NCBI RefSeq assembly: GCF_000143415.4
Contig: NW_003314270.1
Span: forward strand, 1,106,722 to 1,170,721
Source of the DNA: Selaginella moellendorffii
Lineage: Eukaryota > Plantae > Lycopodiophyta
DNA: 64,000 nucleotides
Direction: 5' to 3'
The translations under genes were made by a program, and so were the position numbers. The notes below the pieces were generated by a model. The model ran no database searches and was not told the origin of the DNA. It saw only the letters and a program-made list of their open reading frames with translations. Each line of letters starts with the position of its first letter. Within the stretch, counting starts at the first letter, position 1. Shown in pieces: positions 50,900-62,763 of the stretch.

Positions 50900-53800
50900 C
50901 TAGTATTTGCAATGCTGGGTAGTTGGCAAAGCCTCTCAAACTTATTAACATATCTTTGTGAGAATTTGCTCATTATCTCACAATTGATGATTCCTTTATT
51001 TTTAGCACCAGTCTAGGGCCACAGGGAAAATTAAAAAATAAACAAAGTTTATTGTAGTTTGTTTTTATGTTTTAAGGTGTAGTAGGACAGGAGTTAGTTA
51101 ATATAAAACTTCTTTATATATAGTATTGATGGTGAATGTTGATGAATTGAATGGAATTAAGTGGTTTTGTGTATGAGTTGTGTCAACTCAAATTGCAAGT
51201 TGTTGTGGTGATGTGCATCTTGAGAGTGCAACATAGAGCTGCCCATGGGTAAAGACTGGCTGGGGTAAGTAGATACCTACACGATCAAATGTTTGACCTT
51301 GGCATTTTGAAATTGTTAAGCAATATCCAAGACAAAGAGGAAATTGTTTTCGAGACATATGAAATGGAACATTTGAATCAAAGGGTGTTAAGTTAATGTG
51401 TGGGATAAAAGTTCTAGTACCTTTAAATTCACTTGTAATTATTTCACAGTCCAAAACTTTAGATGAAGTTCTTTTGACCATTAGTCGAGTTCCATTGCAT
51501 AATCCAATTGTTGGAGACATATTTCTCAAAAGAATAACTATACAACCTTCTTTTAATATCAATTTGTGTGGTGGTAATCCAGAGGGAGTGATAGAGTTTA
51601 AAAATTCAATTGGGAAATCTTCAGGGTGTTCAACATCAACAGAGTCAATGCTAGTATAAGTTTGAGGTGGACCTGGTAATTGAGAGATGATGTTGTTGTT
51701 AATTGAAAATGTATCATCATTGAGAGGTGTTAAAATGGTTCTATTTGCTACAATTTGAACATTTGAAATATCTTCGATACATGGGAATACGAAATCAATA
51801 ATAGAGGTACTTTTAATTAGTTCTGAAGGAAGAAGGATAGAATCAAGTGGTAAAATAGGGTTTTGTGTGTAATTATTTCCATCACCGACTTTCAATAGCC
51901 ATTTTACCCAGTCTGGGAACTTGGGGCCAAGCCGCATATTTGTTTGCAATTGAAACTTTCTAAATAGATTCTATAGACTATTCATTCTTACAGATGTGGA
52001 AACAATCTGTGCTCGATGACTATGTGGGACAATTGGTAATGTTTGACGGAAGTCACCACTCGTAACAATAACAATGCCACCGAATGGAGAATTATTCTGT
52101 TTTAAGTCTTGTAAGCAGCGATCGACAGCTAAAAAGGCAAGTGTATGAACCATACTAATTTCATCCCAAATAAGCACTTGTATTGCTTTCATAGATCTAC
52201 CGGCACTGTTATTAGGTGTTAAACTAGAAACAAATGTATTATTAATTGGAACTGGTAACTTAAAGGTTGTATGGGATGTTTGTCCATTGTGTAGTAGTGT
52301 GCTTGCAATGCTTGTCCATGCCATACAAACCACTTTTTTATTGTAGAACTCAAAATATTTTACCATTATATTTAATAAATATGTTTTGTCAGTACCACCA
52401 GGGCCATCAATAAAAATAAAACGGTTGGTATCAGTCGGGCACTCAACAATATTAACAATTTCATTGAATATAGTTAATTGTTCAACATTCAAGTTTCTAA
52501 TATAATGGTAAATTTCTGTATATGAATGGTTGCAATTTGGTATTGGTTGAATAGAGGTATTTAGGATTGGGATAGGTAAATTGTATGATTGGTTTGTTTT
52601 ACCATGTATTTTCATTCTTGAGTTAATGTCTATTAGAGCAAGTTTATATCTGCATACAATATTTGTTCTACCAACATCCAACAGCCAGATTCTGCCGCCA
52701 TAGAAACCATTTTAAATTTAAATATCCTCCAAATATGTTTTGCTATGGGTCTTGTGGATTGCAAAAACAACAGGACTATCGTCATCGGGTGGCATCCTCC
52801 AGCCATTTAATCCGTCGAGCAATACATCGAGCGGGGAAGCTTTACATGCGACGATGGGAGTTGCTTTCATGCTCGCAGTGCTGGTTTGGACTTGGAGGTT
52901 CTACTTGTGAGTTTCAAGACTTTTGTAGTGATGGGAAGGGAGTGTTCGTTGTCCGTCCGTTTGCTTAGAAGCTTTAGCTACTTTGTTTTAACTTGTACTA
53001 CAGCCTGTTATAGTAGATCATGTTTAGTCCCATGCTAATCCTTAAAAATATCCCAAAGATATGGTGGGTCTTGTGGATTGCAAAAAATACATATAAAAGT
53101 AAAGAGTTGACGCAATTGTGTAGGCATTTGAAAATTGCATGCTTCTTGTAAACAATTATACCACTCGTTATCATCATCAAGAAGACCCATAGCAACAGCA
53201 GCTTGTTGAAAGCTTCGGTAAGTTACATCATTAACTATTTTAATATTGTCGAAGGATGTTGCTCTTCTTTTATGAAGAAAAATAATATGTAAGTGGTACA
53301 ACTTGGTATTTAGAGGAGATACTGAGTATAGTCGAGGAATAACCCCTTTTTTTTTTCGATGTTGCCATACATTAGCAAATTTATTGAAACATAATGTAAA
53401 GGTATTTCAACGTAGGTATATTGTCTTGCATTCAAATCATGAATATTGAGTTCGAACCATTTTGTTAGCATTGTTCTATTACGTGCTGCTCTTTGCAAGG
53501 CATTGTGTTCCGAGTTTTCTGTAAAATACACATTTTGGAAGTCAGGAAGATGTACGGGCAGACGTATTATAGGGTGTGAGTGTCCATGCATTTTAAATTT
53601 AAATATCCTCCAAATAGCTTCCGGTGCTGAAATGTATCGGGTATTTATAAAATTCGTGATTTCATCCCAGTTTAATACGTTTGCAGATTGAGTAGCTGTT
53701 TGGACTTGAATGGTTGCACAATCATATCCTTTATAAACATATTGAAAAAGATACTTAATACTTTTAATTGATGCACATATTTCTATATTTATATGGGCTT

Positions 53801-55840
53801 TGTATTTTTTACATAAATATTTATTATATGGGACAATCCATCAGTTATCAATTGGAACATCATTTTTAAGGAAGGTGCGACCATTGTTTGGCCTAAAATA
53901 TTCTGGGTACCCATCCACACAATATGTAGTTCCGTCATTGAAGTTTTTGGGATAGTTTTTGGAGCATTTTTTGTTTTCAATACATGGACTTTGAGGATTT
54001 GATAATCCACATGGACCATGTATCATATGTGATGTGATTATTTCAAATAGTTCAGGCTCTGATAAAGAGTCAGGTAATTGAGACGATACATATTGGTCAA
54101 TAGTGTCACAGTCTTTAATTTTACTTTCATTATCTAATATGCCTAGGAAATGACAATGTGGCAAACCTTTTTTTTGGAACTCAATGACATATATAAATAC
54201 AATACATCTTCCAAAGATATTATTTTGTGTAATATCATGGAGAAAATATTTTAGCTTCATGTTAAAAACCCTAGCAACTAAATCAGGTCGGTCTTCAGGT
54301 CCTTCATTAGGGTGTAGATTTTGTAATATCTCAAGCCATTTAGGGTTGCAAGTGAAAGTTATGAAAATATCAAGTTTTGAGTGTTTTGTTACAATTGCAA
54401 TAGCATCTTGGTAACTTTGTTGCATAGCTCTTGGGCTTCCTGTAAAAGTAGAAGGTAAAATAACAATTTTTCCTGGTCGAGCATTTGCATCAGTAGCTTT
54501 GCCAGCAACATAATCCATCAAACCTGTATAAAAATCAACTCTCATATTTTTTTGATTAGATCTATAGTATTGTAAATTGTTGCTTTCAATTTTAACATAG
54601 GCATCTACAATATATTGTTGGGTGAGTTTTCCAGCATGTAAAATTTGGTCATATGTAATTGTAGAGGTTGATAATGTTGAATCTCTTTTGGACAAACAAT
54701 AGGCATAATATTGAAGGAGTGTTACATGCTTGTTAAAAGAAAGCTTGTCATGCCAGGCTCTATCTCCATGTGGAAAAAGCAATGGATAAACCATAGGATC
54801 ACAATTAGCATTTAAAATAGATATATGTTGTGGTTCTGGTGATTTTGGATGAATGCATATTTCACGGTCAAAAGATGGCACACCATCTTCACTTTGGAAA
54901 ACTATTGCAACATCATTAATTTGTGGAGTATTATATCGATGATGGTCTGTGCCTTCATTTTTAATAAACATATAAACTCCACGTAAATTGCTACCAGAAA
55001 TAATAGTTCTTGAAATATTTTCCCATTCCAATTCATACATCATTCTAAAAGCTTGTGCATATGGATTAATATGTCGAAGTATCATATCTAGTTGAAGCAG
55101 TAAATTATAATCACAGTTAATGTTAAAAGGGTTTTGTTTTCTGATATCAGTAGCCTCATTGGAGTCTAGCATGTACAATTGACTATAGCTTGGATTTTGA
55201 TGTATTGAAGGATGTTGTGGCATAATTTTGTGATAGATTTGTCCATGAATTCTATAGCAGTATGGACCATGACCCGTAAAAATATCAATGCTAGCTCCCA
55301 TAGACGCGAAAGCAAGTGCACTATTATATTGTCTTATATTACTCTTGAAATTAGAGTGTTTGTGTGAGTTATATACAGAATACAGAAAAGGTGGTAATGG
55401 AAGTATTGGAGGCAGGTAGACCTGTCCACTCTGGCAACAAATAGACTTGTTCTCATCGGCAAAGTGTGAGGCATGACAATACTTACAAATATATGATAAG
55501 GGGCCTATATTCAATGTCAAAACAGATGTATCATTATATAGGTAATTGCTAGCAAGTCTGCTTCGAATCTGAGGTGAAGGGGGCAAATAGGAATTGGAAA
55601 TTGACTACTGTTCAGTGTGATTATTAAGATTTGTTTGATGTCGATACTCTGTATCCTCTTGAATATTACTGTTGTAAAAGCTATATGTATGCTGGTGCTG
55701 GTTAGTGGCTTCAACATTATCATTGTACGTGGAATGTGTATGTCTGTGTCGAATAGCATTCAGTACATATTGAAGGTGTGACATTATTTTCAACAGTTTC
55801 TTTTGGAAATGTATTTACTGAGGGGTATGGACAGGCATAA
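50900..55840 (-). mobile_element. Helitron (decayed Rep/PIF1 helicase); 3' CTAG terminus at ~50900, 5' end unresolved
   Basis: Rep motifs LPSTFTGSPRAMQQSYQDA, FITFTCNPKW, VIEFQKKGLPHCH and KYLFQYVYKG. PIF1 motifs GPGGTDKT (Walker A G>D), IWDEISM, GDFRQTLP, GLCNGTR, TISKCQGQT and HGQLYVALSR. CTAG followed by T in a TA run, preceded by an imperfect TTTGC...GCAAA hairpin. Confidence 0.93.
52776..52910 (+). other. Host-gene 3' exon fragment (GPI/TM-type C-terminus) inserted antisense in the Helitron
   Basis: GC-richer island reading LSSSGGILQPFNPSSNTSSGEALHATMGVAFMLAVLVWTWRFYL*, followed by a 3'UTR-like tract. Confidence 0.6.
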
Positions 55841-55984
55841 AAACTAACCTTTTCGATGCAATCGGGTGATGCCAAAAAAGAGTAGATTGATGTGTGTTAC
55901 CTGATACAGTGTCTTCTCACAAGACTTACATTTTTTCTACCTCACTGCGAGTGCCATGTTTCGTCCACCAAATTGGGATCTGCG

Positions 55985-56166
55985 AGGTGCGCGCTCCAAT
56001 TGATCAGCCCGGGAATTTGTGGAGCAGTGCGGCACCTCAGATCTGCGAGCTCGAATGGAGGATCATCCCGTCGCGTGGCAGCGATTGTAGATGTAGATGT
56101 TGTCAGGCTTCACGTCCAGGTGACTAAGGCTGTGCCGACTGAATGTGCTTCAAAGCATTTAAGAGC
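55985..56166 (-). pseudogene. WEE1-like protein kinase fragment
   Basis: LLNALKHIQS, then a frameshift into SHLDVKPDNIYIYN, then ATRRDDPPFELADLR. Compare plant WEE1 HLDVKPDNIY...CATRLD...EEGDARY. DFG segment deleted. Confidence 0.65.
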
Positions 56167-57249
56167 TTAAATCGCCTCGTCCCATTTCCTGGCAGTGGAG
56201 TAAGAATGAAGATCATACAAATTCTACACACCACAAATACCTTGCTTTGATGGAACTCCTCACAAATAATAACTTGCGATGGGGTTCTCAGGAGCAAAGA
56301 CACCAGCGTTGACACAGTGCCTCCGATTTGGATCGCAAATCGGCAGCAGTGGCAGGGGCTCTCTCGCCATCTCAAAAACCCTAGAAAAACATACAAAACA
56401 AAACCAAGCTGGATCATGACACGATCAAGCTCGAATCCCAGCCAGCAGCAATGATTTGGGAGAAAGAAATCGCGATCCACAGCACGCTCCAAGGGCCACG
56501 ACGGACTTGATCCTGCCTGGAGTGACGTGTGGAACAGCAATCTCCGGTCAACACTTTGCACGTGCCACGTGTCGCCGGGCCTTTTTCTCCTGCCACACAC
56601 GGCTTGGCCGCCTCCCATTGGCCGGGCGCGATTATTCGCTAACACGTGGTTAAAGAAATAACCCCTTTACAGTTACCCCCCATAGGTTATCGTGAGATTT
56701 AGCAAAAAAAGTGTGACGGATTGGATCTGGCGCAGGATTGCTAGGGCATTGCGAGGTGTCGTCGCCCTAGCTACAGCGGTGTCAGGCTTGTCGCCATAGC
56801 TCAAGAATCTGGAGTTTGAGGCCGCAGCTCGAATCGCTGTGCACATCAAGGAGAGTGGATGCGCTGCTGCTGGAAAAGACCGATGGCTTCTAGCGTGGTA
56901 AGAAAAAGTTCCATGTAACTGATTCGTGTCAGGCTTGATACTAAACTGCACCCCTAGGCCCTCACTGCCGCTGTCGCCCAGGAGTGGGATTTCACTGCCA
57001 GCCTCGTCCGTGTGGAGAATCCACAAGGAGCCGCAAGTGAAGCCAATCCTGCCGGCTCTCAGCTTCAATCATGGCATCCATAGCAAGTGTAGCTCTTGGT
57101 CCGCCCATGCCATCTTCTTCAAGACCAAGTGCTAGGTACTGCGAGAAAATAGGTAAATCGCTTGGGACGACTGGGAGTCCCAAGCGAGGAGATCACAAGT
57201 CTTGTGTATTTACAGCAACGAATTTAATCAATTGTTTTTCTCATCTAGA

Positions 57250-57666
57250 GGGATATAGAGATTGTTTTGGAGAGGATTGTCTATCCAGTCAGCTCCTGAT
57301 CAAGGTTATGATTTTTATGGCCAGGCTTTTCAGTTCACCCAAACTTTTGATTTATGTCCAGGCTATGGTTGACGTTTGTGAGATTGGAAATACGGTACCG
57401 GGAGAATTGAAGAGCCCTGAGGAAGAAATTCGAGACTCTAGGCTCAATTACACAGAGGACGAAGAGCTCAAGCAGCTAATACATGAAAATGTCTGCATGG
57501 TCGATTATCCTGGTGAAGGTACTTCGAAATTTGCTCAGTGGTTAGTTTTTTCATAAGTTGTGATACAAGTAGCAAAGACTGTAGAACCGGCAGAAGGATC
57601 GTTCTTTTCGGTGATTTTAATCCATTGCATGAAGGTCATCTTACACTAATGAGCACGGCATGCACG
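57250..57666 (+). pseudogene. Fragment of plant HxGH nucleotidylyltransferase-superfamily gene
   Basis: Spliced pieces EDCLSSQLLIK|AMVDVC...TEDEELKQLIHENVCMVDYP|...RRIVLFGDFNPLHEGHLTLMSTAC (FNPLHxGH motif). Lacks the N- and C-terminal parts. Confidence 0.7.
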
Positions 57667-57709
57667 TAAGTTTCCTGAAAAAAAATGTTTTTGTTGGTCT
57701 AACGCAAGT

Positions 57710-57881
57710 TACAGCCTTGTGCAAGGCAGCAATCCAGGAAGGTCTGGACGTGGCAGACAATGCCTTTCAAGCCCAGCTTCATGACATGATGATGTCGTTG
57801 GCCTGCTGCAAGCAGTGGGGCAATGCAGCGATTGGGAAGCTTGCATTCCAGAGAGTCTTGCAAGAGACTTTGAGGTTGTAA
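57710..57881 (+). pseudogene. PPR E-domain-like fragment
   Basis: ALCKAAIQEGLDVADNAFQAQLHDMMMSLACCKQWGNAAIGKLAFQRVL resembles the S2/E1 region (cf. WTSLLAACRINGDVVRAERVARFI in the PPR at 29978). Confidence 0.5.
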
Positions 57882-58015
57882 TAATACAATGGATCTTATA
57901 AACAACTATGCAGCAAGCTTATAGACAATACATTGTACAAACAGAAAATGAAAGCACATTGGAACAGGAAATGAAAGCACACTAGAACAGGAAATAAAAG
58001 TGCATATTACTCTAA

Positions 58016-58402
58016 TCAGCCTTGAACGCAATAACTTTTGGTGAGCTTTGATTGGCACCAGTAGAAAATAAAAAGTGGCCTGTTGGTGGCTTCTTTTGTC
58101 TCCAAAAGTTTGATTGCCTCAGGCATTCGAGTAGAAGTGAACATTCTTAGAAACTGGCCAGGAGTGAGACCATATGCTTGGTCTATATAAGTGTCCTCCA
58201 TGCAAACGTCTTGGGGGTGGCCAGTATCTGGATAGAATTTGCCATGGACCCGCAAAGTTTGAAAAAACATTCGTTCGTTCTTGCAATGGTGGCACCAACC
58301 AATATCTCGCATTTGTTTCTTGACCCTAAACTTTTTGCAAACATGGCAGCCGCAACAAACAGAGATTGCTCGAGGGTTTTCAAGGATGAAATGGCCATGC
58401 AC
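58016..58402 (-). CDS. Putative RPA70 C-terminal-like (OB fold with Zn ribbon) ORF, probably TE-borne
   Basis: CGCHVCKKFRV...GWCHHCKN Cys4 spacing followed by beta-rich segments and AYGLTPGQF, as in RPA1 DBD-C. Same strand as the Helitron. Confidence 0.45.
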   Translation of the reverse strand: MHGHFILENPRAISVCCGCHVCKKFRVKKQMRDIGWCHHCKNERMFFQTLRVHGKFYPDTGHPQDVCMEDTYIDQAYGLTPGQFLRMFTSTRMPEAIKLLETKEATNRPLFIFYWCQSKLTKSYCVQG

Positions 58403-58919
58403 CTATTGACAAAACATGTGTTTTGAACAGCTGGTATACATCAAGAGAGACGTACCCCAAAGAAGTTCTTTCTATATAAGCTCTATTTTGTTAAAGTGGG
58501 AATTGTCATTATCCCACTTGTAAAATAAGGTTTCCAAACCTTTATATAGTATATAAATATAACAATATTCAACTGCATTGAGGCACATGCCATTTTATTT
58601 TAAACAAGGAAATGTCTACTCAATCACTTCTCCTCCCCCTGCCACTGCTTCACCTCTCTCTTCTCCTTGTCATCATCGTCCAATTTCTTTCCATCCTTTT
58701 AATATTGGCTCAGTTGCTCCGAGTCTAGGTGGAGCCCAAGTCCCCATTCAATCTTTACTTTCCCCTTATTAATAAAACAACTTCGTAGACTTCCAATAAC
58801 ATGCTGTAACACTTCTAGTATAATGTAAATCCTCTCAAAGAATTATCTTTTAATATTAATACAATGGCATGGAACCCCATGCCATAATAAGTTACATTTT
58901 TAAATAAATACATGCCATC

Positions 58920-61590
58920 TCAGACTGTTATTTTTTGCCTCCAATGCCTATACAATAATCTTGGAATTTCATCACTCTCCACACTATCAGGATTTAAACC
59001 CAATAGTAATGCCATCTCTTCTCTAATACGTCCACACTCATGTTCAGTGGTCGAAGAACCCATCCGGTTGAGCAGATTATGGAGATGCGGATAGTGCTTG
59101 GCTAGACAATATACATGCCATAAATGATGACTGGTGTCTGTTCGATCAAATGGCTTCTGATATACCGTTCCATCTGCCATTTGGTTGATTTCTGCAGCCA
59201 CCTCTTGGACTGGCCAGTTCTCTATCACCATCGCTCCAAGCCGTTTTGCAAGGTCCCCCAAAACATACGGTTTCTTCTCCCTAGTTTCCATACTGCAAGA
59301 GATGGGGTGCATTGCATATGTGTGCGTGTTCGCTGCAGTTTTAATCGATGATGAGGATTTCACTTGACCTAGCAGTCCGGTTCATCACTACAGCCTCTGG
59401 CTTGACGAAGATGGGCTTGCTACCCCTCACATGGACCATAGTCAAGCAATCCTCCTGCGTTAGGAGAAAGTCAAATGGTAATATTACTCGCATCTGATCG
59501 TGCATCATCTGTAGCAACGTTAATGCATTGTGGCGCATCATGGATGTCCAAACTCCCAATTGCAAATTGAACCCGACCCTCTGTTTTAAGTGTCGCATGG
59601 TCATTATTAGATCCCGCAGTTTCTCCCGTGTGATTAATGTGAATCTATCTCTTTTGACCAACTTGCGACCGCAGGCTTTGGAGGGTGCAGTGACATTCGA
59701 GGACGAGCCACGTTCATGGGAGAAAAGGACACCGTTCAGATCAAAAATGATACAGTACCTTTGCCGTGACTCTGAAATGAAATGCATCAGCATAAAAAAT
59801 GGTACAAGTCAATTTTACCATCTACAATATTAGCGAATGGTGCTCCCAATGGTCGTTGAGAGGGTTTTGGTCGAGGAAACGTGAAGGGCGGAAATACTCT
59901 CCTCTGCAATGTGGGGTCAATCGCATCCGATGGCGTGTGGGCACATGCCATTTAGCTGTAGACTCTAGTACAACTGGCTCAACAGTGGCATAGGGTGGTT
60001 CCGATGGCGTATGATCACACGCCATTTCAGCTGGTGCCTCCGTTGGCAAAGTGGACATGACCGAACAGGCAGCAGGGGCGGTGTAGGGAGGTTCCAACGG
60101 CGCATAGTCAGACGATTGGGCACACGTTGAGTCCGTTGGAAATGAGGATATGACCGGCTCGGCGGCTGGGGCGGCCTCATGCGGGTCCAATGGCGCCTGG
60201 TCACCGTCAGTTGGATACGTGGACAAGATTGACTCAATGGTATGGGCAGCATCAAGTGGAGCGTGGTCAACTTGCTTGGCGTTGATATGGATAGTAGCCT
60301 CCACCAGCTCTGATGACTCTTGCAGGCAAGTAGAGTCCACTGGCGGATCCATATGCATATCCAAATATCTCCCTTCGATTGAGATGGTATCCTCCCGTGC
60401 TACTAAAAACAAACTCATTAGCACATTGAATTGACTATACTGTATTTACCATCAACTGCTATTAAGGAACTAGGACCGATATCACTTGGGCGCACTGCTG
60501 ATTCTGAAGGATTGGACATACATTTCGACCCTTGCTTGGCACTATCCTTCCTCGACACTAAAGGCTAGAGTTTGTATCTTAATTCAACTGAATAATCTCT
60601 ATTTACCATTTAATCTGCGACCTTCATGGACAATGTTAGAAATGGTAAAAGGTTAGGAATGGATGTACTATTATTTACCTGATGGTTTGTCTTGTATGAC
60701 CTTCCTCCGCTGCTCTTTGGCCACCTTAGGCTGGCCATCGTCATCATCATCATCGTCGTCGTTATTGTGATCGTCACCATTGTGAGGACCATCCAAGTCC
60801 TCTTCGTCCTCCTCCTCTTCGTCCTCCTCTTCTTCGTCCTCCTCTTCGTCCTTCTGCTCTTCCTGCTCATTATCTTTCTCTGGCTCCTCATCCCCCTCCT
60901 GCATTTCTTCCATAGGCTGCTCAGGCTGGATGGCTTGTTCTTCCAGGACCATCTTGGGAAAATCATCTGGCCGAGTCTCCATCTCAAAATACAAGACATC
61001 CATAGCCTGTTTTAGTGCGTGACCTAGGACCGTATCCTCACCCGACTGTCTTAACATGGTTTCTGCACGTTTTTGCACCCTTCGAAGATGACGAGATGAG
61101 AAAAACGTGGCCCTAACTTGAAAAGCATCCCTCATCCATTATACCTCTCCATTGAGATTGGGGAAGGGGAGTCCGCCATAGGAATCTGAGTCAGGAGGTG
61201 GTGACTGGCTGCTTTCACTCAGCCCTTGATCTGCAATGAATGGCATGAGCACACACACCATAACCGTGAGGCATTACGTATCATTTTTTCGTTGCCCTTC
61301 TTCCTTTTCGAATCAAACGCCTCTGATCCCAACGACTGTCCAACGTGCTTTCGCTTTTTATGACCACTGTCAGTTTGAGCTTGGCTGGTGCTTGCCTGTT
61401 TTGCCTTTGAAGAAGTGTCTCCTGCAAGGAATGGCATGAGACCACACGCCATTGCAAATATAATTTGTACCTCCTTTTTTCCTATTGCTTGTCTGTTTGT
61501 CCTTCTTTGACACGCCACCAGTGCGCTTTTTAGTCCTCGTGTCTGAATATTCACAACGATCTATAATCAAAATGGCGCGAGGCCTCACGT
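58920..61590 (-). pseudogene. Multi-exon gene with acidic tract, ~30-aa repeats and C-terminal FCP1/NIF-type HAD domain; frameshifted and cut by LTR insertion
   Basis: CIIFDLNGVL, LGVWTSMMRHN, TQEDC, KPIFVKP and ILIID, then a frameshift into KTAANTHTYAMHP. Upstream exons carry a poly-E/D tract and DxAPL(D/E) repeats. Confidence 0.65.
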
Positions 61591-61593
61591 GAC

Positions 61594-62704
61594 TGTAAGG
61601 AACCGACTCCCCGAGATGTCGTAGGCTAAAGGATCCCCAAAAGCTTGACCGAAATGACAAAGAGTTCATCGGATGGGACCAAGTCGAGGATCGAGTCCAA
61701 GACCGACTCTAGGACCGAGTTCGAGTCCGAGTTTGAGACCGAGTTCGAGACGGAGTCCGAGATCCGAAATCGGGTCCGAGACCGAGTCTGAGGTCGAGTC
61801 CGAGGTTGGGTCCGAGATCGGGTTCGAGATCGAGTCCGAGATCGAGTCCGAGACCGAATCCGAAGTCGGATCCGAAATCGGGTCCGAGATCGAGCCAGAG
61901 ACTAAGTCCAAATACTAATACGGGTCAAGGGGTGAAAGCCCAAAGCGTGTGTCTCCTAGGGCGGGGGGGCTGCAGGGGGTTCCAAAAGTATAGTAGGGAT
62001 AGTGAGGTCCAAGAACCAGTCTTGAAGGAACTTTCTAGTGGTGCTTCCAAACTGACTTGAGGTTGAGACTGGGGCCGAAGGGCCTTGGGTGGGAGTGAGC
62101 ATGGGCCTGAGTGGTGCCAGAGGGGCCACCCAGGGAAGTGCTCAAGAGCAGCTCCCACTCCCGAAAGGGAAACTGACTGCGGTGCTCCCGGCTCAGGTGG
62201 AGTGGTGCCCCACTTGAGTACCTTGTGGCTCATTGGTCCTCGCCCTTCCTAGGGGCTTGGGCCTTCCCTTCGGGATGGAAGTGGGGGGGTAGAGGTAACC
62301 ATACCGGGCCGTTAGGCCACGGTGTTTTGCCCCGACGTCCCGAAGCAAGTACTGCACCCAAGGCTTGGGATTTAGAGGGTCCCATGATCAAGTCTTGTGG
62401 TACCTTGGGGTGTTAGGAATCTGGAGGCTTGGTGTGCTTGGCTGCTTGTGCCTGCGGGGAGTGTAGCCGAACCTTAAGTCCAGTCTAACCCGGGGAGGGG
62501 GATTGGGAGAGATTTGGGAATCTGTAGATGGATGGCTAACACTCTGTTGCTCGTGCAGTGAGTAGCTGAAACCAAGTAGGACCAAGTAGGAGCTGGTACC
62601 ATAGGCGAGAACCTTGGCGAGGGAACTTAGCACAAGCCAAGGCAGAGTTGGTCGGATAGTCGAGATAAGCTGGCAAATTGGAAAGGAAAATTTTGTGGCT
62701 TACA
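61594..62704 (+). mobile_element. 5' LTR of a Ty3/gypsy retrotransposon
   Basis: Begins TGTAAG and ends CTTACA (6-bp inverted termini), followed 3 nt later by a PBS. Predicted TSD gtgac (61589-61593). Confidence 0.85.
61685..61905. repeat. Degenerate 6/12-bp tandem array (CCGAGT/TCGAGA-type) inside the LTR
   Basis: gagtccgagatcgagtccgagaccgaatccgaagtcggatccgaaatcgggtccgagatc etc. Confidence 0.9.
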
Positions 62705-62707
62705 ATT

Positions 62708-62720
62708 TGGTATCGGAGCC
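62708..62720 (+). promoter_or_regulatory. Primer-binding site (tRNA-iMet type)
   Basis: TGGTATCGGAGCC, one mismatch to the canonical TGGTATCAGAGCC. Confidence 0.85.
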
Positions 62721-62763
62721 TCTTCCTCAGTTCTAGCGAAGGATAGAGGCGGATTGCTGGGAG

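Noticed and set aside
61666-62060. Repetitive ORFs (SEIESE..., SDSISD...) or a CRISPR-like array
   Set aside because: Translations of a hexamer tandem array within an LTR; no spacers, eukaryotic context.
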